Below, in pieces: positions 18,950 to 26,523 of a stretch of DNA of 64,000 nt (the stretch's first letter is position 1; each line of letters begins with the position of its first letter). Under the pieces are notes generated by a model. The model worked only from the letters and a program-made list of their open reading frames with translations. It was not told the DNA's origin and did no database searches. The stretch is from contig DGKJ01000029.1 of the NCBI GenBank assembly GCA_002387735.1, positions 5,015 through 69,014 of the forward strand, given 5' to 3'. A program made the position numbers and the translations under genes. Source of the DNA: Bacteriovoracaceae bacterium UBA4573 (GTDB lineage: Bacteria > Bdellovibrionota > UBA1018 > UBA923).

Positions 18950-19759
18950 ATGCACGTTCTGCGAATCTTTTTGGTTCTCATATTGGGTATCGCATTCGTT
19001 TCCCCCGATTTGCTAAACGCTGGTGATTGCCACGACACTGCTGAACCCACGGTTGTGCTCTGCAAATTGACCGTACCCAGTCACGCGCAGCCCACCTGGA
19101 TTTACTTGCGCAACGACGCCCTTGTTGAAAACAACTCCCGCGAATTGGCTCCGATACTACACTTTCACGGAATTCACACCAGTGAGCAGAGTCTTGCAGG
19201 ATTTGAATTTGAGCGGCACCTAGCGGCGCTTTCTGTTGACACTGTACTACTGGTACCCCGAAGCCGAGGGGCTAATAAAGATTTTCGAAAACTTGTGTCC
19301 ACAAAGAGCCGGTTCAATCGCTATTTTAAGCAAATCGAAAAAGCCCTTGCTGCACGGTTTGGATCTTCAATCTCTTTAAAAAGAACGTTCAAGCTCACTG
19401 CACACAGCGGGGGGTACATTCCAGCGGCTACGGTCTTGACCCACTCTTTTTCTCGTGTCGAGAGCGCCGCACTTTTTGACGCTCTTTACCGAAATAAGGA
19501 GTCTTTAGTTTTCGCGCGGTTCGCTAGAGCGAAACCTTTTTTTTCGATTTACCGAAAAAACACGCGAACGGAACGCTACAATCTTGGGTTACTTAAGCGC
19601 CTTCAGAAAAATAGACATCCGTCGCTTCTTCAAGCAGAGCTAACCCATGTTTTTTCGGGGTGTAGCGCAAGCGCCGTGATCGCTTGGACCGATGACGACC
19701 ACTACGATCTCGTTCGACTCTGGTACAGTTCTGTGTTGGAATGGTTCACAACGCTATGA
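18950..19759 (+). CDS. Secreted hypothetical protein
   Basis: Signal peptide MHVLRIFLVLILGIAFVSPDLLNA. Possible nucleophile-elbow-like AHSGG. No further assignment. Confidence 0.45.
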   Translation: MHVLRIFLVLILGIAFVSPDLLNAGDCHDTAEPTVVLCKLTVPSHAQPTWIYLRNDALVENNSRELAPILHFHGIHTSEQSLAGFEFERHLAALSVDTVLLVPRSRGANKDFRKLVSTKSRFNRYFKQIEKALAARFGSSISLKRTFKLTAHSGGYIPAATVLTHSFSRVESAALFDALYRNKESLVFARFARAKPFFSIYRKNTRTERYNLGLLKRLQKNRHPSLLQAELTHVFSGCSASAVIAWTDDDHYDLVRLWYSSVLEWFTTL

Positions 19760-21141
19760 TCAGAAAAACGAAAGCCAGCTCTCATCGAAATAAATTTTGG
19801 ATCACCGGTGCGGTGTTAGTGACTCAGAACAGCCAACGCGATGTTCTGCTCGCAGATATCGTAGTAGACGAACACGGTGTGATCATCGACCTTCCAAAAC
19901 CCCGCAAAAGTTCGCCACCTCGTGGTTTCAAAAAAATTTCAGCTAAAGGGCTCCACGTGCTTCCGGGCTTTGTGCAGACCCACGTGCATCTTTGCCAAAC
20001 GCTTTTTCGTAACACTGCAGATGATCTCGAACTTCTCGATTGGTTGCGAAAAAAGATTTGGGTCTACGAGGCTCGCCACAATAAGTTCACGCTACGCACC
20101 AGTGCACTTCTTGGAATTCAGGAACTTTTGCGGTCCGGTACAACTTGTATTTTAGATATGGGCACGGTCCGCTATACGGAAGAAATTTTTAAGGCCGCAG
20201 TAGAAACTGGAATTCGCGCCAATATCGGCAAATGTTTAATGGATCATCCACAAAATAATCCTCCTGAGCTATGCGAATCGACCGAAGCCGCATTGAAAGA
20301 AGCCCACGCGCTCTTTACCAAGTGGAACGGGACTCACGGCGATCGCATTCGCGCGAGTTATGCCCCAAGATTTGCCATTTCCTGCACCGAAACACTTTTA
20401 CAAAGCGTGGCGAAGTCTGCACGCGAGCGTGGAGCGATTATTCATACCCACGCATCTGAAAACCGAACTGAATGCGATCTAGTAATGCGAATGTCGGGAG
20501 GGCGTTCTAACATTGAATATTTAAGTGCAACTGGGATTTGTTGTGAACGCGCTGTTATTGCCCACGGTGTGTGGCTTAGCCCTGAGGAAATGCGAATCTT
20601 GAGTGAAAAGAAAGCGTCAATCACCCACTGTCCTAGTTCTAATCTTAAACTGGCAAGCGGTGTCGCGCCCGTGCCCGAACTGCTAGAGGGCGGCGTGAAC
20701 GTAGCGCTCGGCGCTGACGGGGCACCGTGTAACAACACCCTCGACATGTTTCACGAAATGCGGCTTGCTGCTACGTTACACAAGCCACGGCGTGGCCCCA
20801 CAACGTTGCCGGCGCCTGAAATTCTAGATCTCGCAACTCGCAACGGTGCCAAGGCGCTTCACTGGTTTGATCAGATTGGGTCTATAGAAATCGGAAAAAA
20901 GGCCGACTTCGTGGCTTTAGATTTAAACGACATCGCCACTTTGCCGACGCATCCGACTTCATTAAAGGCCGTGGCGTCAGCCATCGTCTATGCTGGGACG
21001 GCTAGCAACGTTGCTTGGACTATGGTCGACGGGCAAATGTGTTATCGGCGGTCGCTAAGCGACCAGAGCACATCGGCGCGTTTATTAAAGGACCTTCAAA
21101 AAGCTCGAAACGCGATTCTGCGCCCTGTATCCCCGTTATAA
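19741..21141 (+). CDS. mtaD: Amidohydrolase-superfamily deaminase (5-methylthioadenosine/S-adenosylhomocysteine deaminase-like)
   Basis: N-terminal ...LVTQNSQRDVLLADIVVDEHGVII... HxH metal site HVLPGFVQTHVHLCQTLFR. Later HTHASE and ...GADGAPCNNTLDMF (Asp/His ligands) as in MtaD/SsnA/TRZ-ATZ enzymes. Confidence 0.75.
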   Translation: MVHNAMIRKTKASSHRNKFWITGAVLVTQNSQRDVLLADIVVDEHGVIIDLPKPRKSSPPRGFKKISAKGLHVLPGFVQTHVHLCQTLFRNTADDLELLDWLRKKIWVYEARHNKFTLRTSALLGIQELLRSGTTCILDMGTVRYTEEIFKAAVETGIRANIGKCLMDHPQNNPPELCESTEAALKEAHALFTKWNGTHGDRIRASYAPRFAISCTETLLQSVAKSARERGAIIHTHASENRTECDLVMRMSGGRSNIEYLSATGICCERAVIAHGVWLSPEEMRILSEKKASITHCPSSNLKLASGVAPVPELLEGGVNVALGADGAPCNNTLDMFHEMRLAATLHKPRRGPTTLPAPEILDLATRNGAKALHWFDQIGSIEIGKKADFVALDLNDIATLPTHPTSLKAVASAIVYAGTASNVAWTMVDGQMCYRRSLSDQSTSARLLKDLQKARNAILRPVSPL

Positions 21142-21200
21142 ATAGAATCTTTTCTTTTAGGGAGCTGTTCCGCATGTTCACACTCACGGTGGTAGCCGTT

Positions 21201-22370
21201 TCATTTTTTAAATACCATTTTTACTGCAGAGGTCGGGGACTTTATTTTCTTCAAAACCCGATTCACTCTATTGAAAGCTGCTAGAACCTGTCTACGTAAC
21301 CGGCTTGGCTCTTCTTTTATTCCAGTCGCAAAGGCCGGGCTTAATTTACCCAATACGGTTTGGGTGGCGGGATATTTTTTTGAAATATTATTTAATGTTT
21401 GCAGCCAAATCCAACTATCGTCTGCATATTTGCTCTCAATTAAGTTGAGTCCATTTTGTTCGCCAAGCTTTTGCAAAGAATCCGGAGTGAGTAAGTACAA
21501 ATGTCTGGGAGCGTGATACCCTCCCCACACTCCAGATTTAGTTAGTTGGAAGTGAATTCCCGTTGGAGAAGGCGCCTCTAACACGAGTACTCCTCCTTTT
21601 TTTAAATGCTTTTCCGCGAGCTCAAATAGGGCCTCGGGGGCTTCCATATGCTCAACTACATGATTGGCGAATATTATATCAAATTGCCCTGGAGAAGCTG
21701 TCCTCGGATCAAACGTTTGAGTCGAATGTTTTACCGGCGCTAATTCGTCAAATAAAAATAGATTTTTCTCCTGAAATCCGACTTGAGTAAGGATTTCTAG
21801 GAACAAACCATCGCCGCCACCTACATCCAGGATCCTAGCCTTAGCCTTGGTGGTCCCTATTTTTTCCAAAAACTCCTCAGTGAGATCTTTAGCGACTGCA
21901 TCGCGCCATTCGGCGAAATACCTTTTACCTTCGACCGAATTTTTATATGCGTCATAGTTTTTAAGAAGATGATACGAGTAATAGTTTTCTGGATAGGCAT
22001 TGCCAAGCTCGCCTCTTGATATGGGTGAGGTAAGCATCACGCTTCCGCAACCTTCGCAGGCACTATATTCAAACGATCGATCACTAGACTGGTACTCGTA
22101 GTCTTTTGCCACTGCTAACTGAACATTCGGTTCCTTCTTACAGGTTGGACATTGGATTGAATTTAATTTCATATCATCTAGTACGGCCGAACATTTGGTA
22201 ACTTGTTTAGATTCGGTTGCGCGCAATAGCGACGGCAACAAACCAACCGCAGTACACGCAAACATTATCTGCAAAAATACCTGTATATTCCTTTCCATAG
22301 CATTGGGTCGAATTTCATACAATTTTTGTCGGATATAATCAAGCAATTTTAGATACCGACAGTTAATCAT
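21201..22370 (-). CDS. Class I SAM-dependent methyltransferase with N-terminal zinc ribbon
   Basis: CPTCKK...CEGCG zinc ribbon. Motif I ARILDVGGGDGLF. Acidic motif II LFLFDEL. 389 aa. Confidence 0.7.
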   Translation of the reverse strand: MINCRYLKLLDYIRQKLYEIRPNAMERNIQVFLQIMFACTAVGLLPSLLRATESKQVTKCSAVLDDMKLNSIQCPTCKKEPNVQLAVAKDYEYQSSDRSFEYSACEGCGSVMLTSPISRGELGNAYPENYYSYHLLKNYDAYKNSVEGKRYFAEWRDAVAKDLTEEFLEKIGTTKAKARILDVGGGDGLFLEILTQVGFQEKNLFLFDELAPVKHSTQTFDPRTASPGQFDIIFANHVVEHMEAPEALFELAEKHLKKGGVLVLEAPSPTGIHFQLTKSGVWGGYHAPRHLYLLTPDSLQKLGEQNGLNLIESKYADDSWIWLQTLNNISKKYPATQTVLGKLSPAFATGIKEEPSRLRRQVLAAFNRVNRVLKKIKSPTSAVKMVFKK

Positions 22371-22662
22371 TCAATTACGACTAACTTCTGACGAAGAGGG
22401 CCATTCAAGGGCTGCTCCGCAGATAAACGCGATCGACCAACCCACTTGAACTCTGAATCCCGTAACCGAGAACATTCTGCCCCTTATTCATGCGGCGTTC
22501 TTGCTCGAAACGAATTCGTCTTTTACAATTTGCGGTATGAACACATGTGGATACGGACCTCAATGTTGGGTTAGTTGCATTCTCATCTGCCTTGGCTGGT
22601 TGCTTGCTAGCTCTGGCTTGCTCTACTTCACTTGGAACAAGGTGATCGCCGAGGTCACCAAA

Positions 22663-22809
22663 ATGAAACAAGTGAAATATTGGCAAGCACTCTTGTTTCT
22701 AGCCACAGTTTGCGCTCTTTGTGCACCTCGCGCCTATATGAAAAAAGGCCACTGCTTCGGAAAAAAAGGCGAATGTCACTACGAGCGAAGCGGAAAAAAT
22801 TCGGACTAA
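22663..22809 (+). CDS. Candidate small secreted Cys-containing peptide (48 aa)
   Basis: GAGGT SD 7 nt upstream of ATG 22663. Signal-peptide-like MKQVKYWQALLFLATVCALCAP, then basic mature region RAYMKKGHCFGKKGECHYERSGKNSD. Lies in a 450-bp otherwise uncalled gap. Confidence 0.3.
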   Translation: MKQVKYWQALLFLATVCALCAPRAYMKKGHCFGKKGECHYERSGKNSD

Positions 22810-22818
22810 CCGCAGTTT

Positions 22819-23256
22819 ATGAAAAGTCGCTTAAGAATCCTGATTTATCCCCGTTTTCAGTTGTTACTACTGGGAATTAACTTTCTAGTATTCGCAATCG
22901 TTAGCGGCGTCATGTTTTGGCAACACCAACGCACTCAGGGCGCTATTCGGCAGCTTGGACTAGACGCGAATCTTTCTCCCTCGCACGGGTTCTTTCAATT
23001 AGTCGAACTGCAGTCACAGCAATATCTAGCAAGTCTTACGGCCGTTATGCTTTTTGGCTTCATTTTTTCGGCTTTGGTGATGCTCGTGGTCTCAAATCGT
23101 CTCGCGGGACCAATCGTGCGTTTGCGTCGCTACTTCGGCGACATTGCGATCAAAACCGACAACGTACCACCTTTGTCTTTTCGAAAAGGCGACTTCTTTG
23201 GCGACCTACCCGAAGTCGTTAATCGGGCCGTGCAGGCGCTGCAGACCAAAAAATAA
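22819..23256 (+). CDS. Small membrane protein with HAMP-like linker
   Basis: Two TM segments (LLLLGINFLVFAIVSGVMFW; AVMLFGFIFSALVMLVV) followed by amphipathic LAGPIVRLRRYFGDIA...GDLPEVVNRAVQAL. Confidence 0.4.
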   Translation: MKSRLRILIYPRFQLLLLGINFLVFAIVSGVMFWQHQRTQGAIRQLGLDANLSPSHGFFQLVELQSQQYLASLTAVMLFGFIFSALVMLVVSNRLAGPIVRLRRYFGDIAIKTDNVPPLSFRKGDFFGDLPEVVNRAVQALQTKK

Positions 23257-23262
23257 AGCCAC

Positions 23263-26200
23263 TTATTGCGGCTGGCATGGACTAACTTGCACCGGAAACC
23301 CAGTGCCTGGATATTTTCCTGTAGTGTTATGTATGCACACTTCGTCTATCACTCCATCGAAATAGGCACTGCTCGAAGCGTCCCGCCCTAAATACAGCGG
23401 CAGATCCGGGTTATTAATCGTGGCTCTATGACCACTGTCGTTAATAAAGCTACCGTTTGCGACTCTAGAACCATTTAAAAAACCCCGCACTTGCGCGGCG
23501 TTCGAGTGGTCGGTATCAAGTCGGTAGACGATATGATAAAAAGTGTTTGTGCTAATTGTTACTGGTGCGGTCACTATTTCATCGTAAGTATTTCCACCGT
23601 CGACACTCGCCCGGAAAACCAGGACGATCTTGTTGTCGCCCGTGCGCCGACGCAGGTAGATCTGCCAACCATAACTGCCCGCCGTGCTGCCGCCCTTTGA
23701 AGCAAGAGCCATTTGTCTGCCCTTTGCTGGCAATTTACGTACCGACACATACATCTCGAATATCATTCTCTCTCGCAACGAATCGTAACGCGCTTCGTTC
23801 GGTATCGAAAGGTAGTGCCGAAATCCCGGCGTAAGCGAGCGTCCTTCAGCGAACCTTCCCGTTGCGTTGCCAGTGCCGAAGCTCTGAATTGTAATCCCAG
23901 AGCCGATCTGAGCGTAATAACTGCTGTCGGCAAACGAGCCGGTGGCGTTGTCAAAGTGATAAAGTGCGATTGTTTCGAATGTGTCGGTTATGTTCCAACT
24001 AAACCCTTGGGGCAGACTCGGATTACCGACCGCATCTAAAGCTCTGATCTCTAAAGTATGTGCCCCGACGCCCAACCCTTGAACTACATGGGGCGAGGTG
24101 CAGGTGGCGTAGTCCCCTCCATCGAGTCGACACTCGAAGTGGTGTACGTCGCCGCTTCCCGATCCCCAGAAATAGGCCGTTGCTTCGCGCGAAGGAGTTG
24201 ATCCAGTCGGTCCCGCGCCGAGAAAAAAGGTAGGTGGTGTCGTGTCACGAATCCAGGTGGCGGGCACGGAACTAGAATTATAACCATTTTCGGGCTTGTG
24301 AGCGTAAACACCAATTTCGTAGTTTCCGTCGGCCGCAAAATGCAGAGGAATTTCAAATATTCCATCGTTGCACGGAATGGCCAATTCCGCAGCTGCGAAA
24401 CCACCGCTCACTAATCCCAGTGTACGCATTTCGGTCCCTATTTGGCAGGTTCCTCTTACGTTCATGGTGTCGGACTGCGTGAGAAACCAAGCCTGAGGCG
24501 GCCACTGAATCATTGGCGCACTCGGGCCGGCAGTGTCTCGAACCCAGCGAAACGTAACCTCGTTGGACGGGTTGCCCACGTCGTCGGTAGCCGAAAAAGT
24601 ATAACTGTAGGTACCGTCGTTGGACTGATGCAAATAGACTTCGAAGGTGCCCGAAGAACAAGTAATGAGCATCTCCCCCACGCTTGGCTCAAAGCCCCGT
24701 ACGACTCTGGCATCGCCGCAGGTACCTTCCACCGTGATGGCGGTTGGGGAATAAAAGGGTTGAGCCATGGGCGAAACGATTGCGACAGTCGGCGGAGTCG
24801 TATCGAGTACCCAGTCAAAACGCGTAGGACTCGACTCTACAAGAGTGTAGGCCTGCATTTGCTTGAAATACACCGAGTGAGCCCCTTCAGCGCTTTCATG
24901 AAGTTCAAAATAAGCGCTCCCGCTTGAATCACATATTTTTTGAATTGGAGTCTCAACAGAGAGCCCTTCGACTTGGACCGTGTTGCCGGGCGAACAAAAA
25001 ACTCTGACCGTAAAATCTACCGCTCGCGTCGCAAACGGCTGTTCATTCGGGGCTGCAATCGTTACAGGACTAGGAACGCTCGGATCGGTGTAAAACCGGA
25101 ATTCTCGCTGCACCGAAGGGTTTCCAGCGCGGTCCACCTGGGTAAAATAGAACGTTCGGAATTGACTCATTTGGCCCACAGCTTCGTAAGTAGCTTGGCC
25201 ATCGGCTCCGCAGGCCAAGTTCGTCACAACGAGGTTCGGGTCATCGATCGCAACATCGATTCGCGCCAGCGGTTCACAGCCCAGCAGCAGATCGTGCGTC
25301 TGTTCAACCGATGCCAACTCACTCGGACTAAAGGCCACTGCATTCGGCGCAATTGGGTCGAAAGCTATTGTGGTCTCAACATCGGCCGACGGAGCTCCGC
25401 CTGGTCCGAATTGGCGAGCCCGCGCTAGTACTACGCGTTCGCTGGTCACCGAAGGCGGTATGTCCAACGTGGCGTATCCTACGCCGTTTGTTTGGCATAA
25501 AAACGGAATTTTTCCGAACTCGGTTTCTACTTCTCCCGAAGCATTTGGCTGACAGCTCAGTTCGAACTCTACGTTGCGTAAACGAGTGTTCAACGGATTT
25601 ACATTCGGGCGTACAATCGTCGGTGATACCGGCACCGACGAATCGCGCCGCCACACTAGTTGCGAAGAAGCGCTGGGGTTTCCGGCCCAATCGGTCTGGG
25701 AAAAAGCAAAAGTGTACGACCCATCGCTTTCACCTAGCACTCGAAACGTGAACGATTCGTTTTGACACAATACCGATTCTCGACGCCCGTCGGTGTGTTC
25801 TAGAAAAACAGTTGCCCCGGGTTCGCACGAACCGAGAATTGTTAATTCATTTTGATACGAAACATGGGTTGGCGATGCGGGGCTTGTCACTCTAGGCGGC
25901 GCCGGGGCCCTGCGATCCAAGGTCCAGTTAAAAATAACGGCTTGAGAGCTTACTCCCGAACGATCGTCGTGAAAAAACGAAAATAAGTAAGTACCATCGT
26001 CACTTTTGGTAGCTGGATAGCTAAACTCACCGGAACCCGTACAGGTTAGCTCTTGAGCCTCTGCGCCCCCGTCGCTCACAAGCAAAGCATATCGCGCGTC
26101 GCACTCGCCCGTAATCACTACATGATCGCTATTCGACTGAAGAGGGTTCAACACGGGCGACACTATTCGCGGAGAAGGAATGATCGGAATGGGAGCCGGC

Positions 26201-26376
26201 GTAATTATCGGTGCCGAACCAGTGGTAGAACTACTACCGCCGCCACCACCAGAGCCGCCGCCCGAACCACCGCCCGAAGCCCCACCGCCACCAGATGATA
26301 AACAACCGGAAGCCATCAAAGCTCCGAACAATACTATGGCCGCTCGACAGCTAAAAAACAGTCGCACGTTCCTCAA
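23263..26376 (-). CDS. Giant surface lipoprotein: Gly/Ser linker, ~8 tandem Cys-pair Ig-like repeats, C-terminal LamG/concanavalin-like jellyroll domain
   Basis: Signal peptide plus ...LMASGC lipobox-like. (GGGS)n linker. Repeats of ~100 aa each carrying C...C and ending D..GNPS (e.g. ILGSCEPGA...VLCQNESFTF...FSQTDWAGNPS). C-terminal ~230 aa with LamG-like pattern (YHIVYRLD...GFLNGSRV...LYLGRDASSSAYFDGVIDEV). Confidence 0.7.
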   Translation of the reverse strand: MRNVRLFFSCRAAIVLFGALMASGCLSSGGGGASGGGSGGGSGGGGGSSSTTGSAPIITPAPIPIIPSPRIVSPVLNPLQSNSDHVVITGECDARYALLVSDGGAEAQELTCTGSGEFSYPATKSDDGTYLFSFFHDDRSGVSSQAVIFNWTLDRRAPAPPRVTSPASPTHVSYQNELTILGSCEPGATVFLEHTDGRRESVLCQNESFTFRVLGESDGSYTFAFSQTDWAGNPSASSQLVWRRDSSVPVSPTIVRPNVNPLNTRLRNVEFELSCQPNASGEVETEFGKIPFLCQTNGVGYATLDIPPSVTSERVVLARARQFGPGGAPSADVETTIAFDPIAPNAVAFSPSELASVEQTHDLLLGCEPLARIDVAIDDPNLVVTNLACGADGQATYEAVGQMSQFRTFYFTQVDRAGNPSVQREFRFYTDPSVPSPVTIAAPNEQPFATRAVDFTVRVFCSPGNTVQVEGLSVETPIQKICDSSGSAYFELHESAEGAHSVYFKQMQAYTLVESSPTRFDWVLDTTPPTVAIVSPMAQPFYSPTAITVEGTCGDARVVRGFEPSVGEMLITCSSGTFEVYLHQSNDGTYSYTFSATDDVGNPSNEVTFRWVRDTAGPSAPMIQWPPQAWFLTQSDTMNVRGTCQIGTEMRTLGLVSGGFAAAELAIPCNDGIFEIPLHFAADGNYEIGVYAHKPENGYNSSSVPATWIRDTTPPTFFLGAGPTGSTPSREATAYFWGSGSGDVHHFECRLDGGDYATCTSPHVVQGLGVGAHTLEIRALDAVGNPSLPQGFSWNITDTFETIALYHFDNATGSFADSSYYAQIGSGITIQSFGTGNATGRFAEGRSLTPGFRHYLSIPNEARYDSLRERMIFEMYVSVRKLPAKGRQMALASKGGSTAGSYGWQIYLRRRTGDNKIVLVFRASVDGGNTYDEIVTAPVTISTNTFYHIVYRLDTDHSNAAQVRGFLNGSRVANGSFINDSGHRATINNPDLPLYLGRDASSSAYFDGVIDEVCIHNTTGKYPGTGFPVQVSPCQPQ

Positions 26377-26523
26377 TGGAAGGTCCCCCTAGACCAATCC
26401 ATTTTGCTATACCGTATCTATTTAATCAACAATTAATATACTGAAATTTATCTAATAATTACAGGGCATTACACGAGCTTAATCTGGTAAAACAGCCGCC
26501 CAGGGTGCGACTCCCCCGGGTGT

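Noticed and set aside
26180-26300. Highly repetitive GGN/GCC-rich DNA (ggtggc/gccgcc runs) that could look like a short tandem repeat or CRISPR-like array
   Set aside because: It is in-frame coding sequence for the (GGGS)n linker of the giant lipoprotein. Repeat units are 9-12 nt with no spacer/repeat structure and no cas genes nearby.
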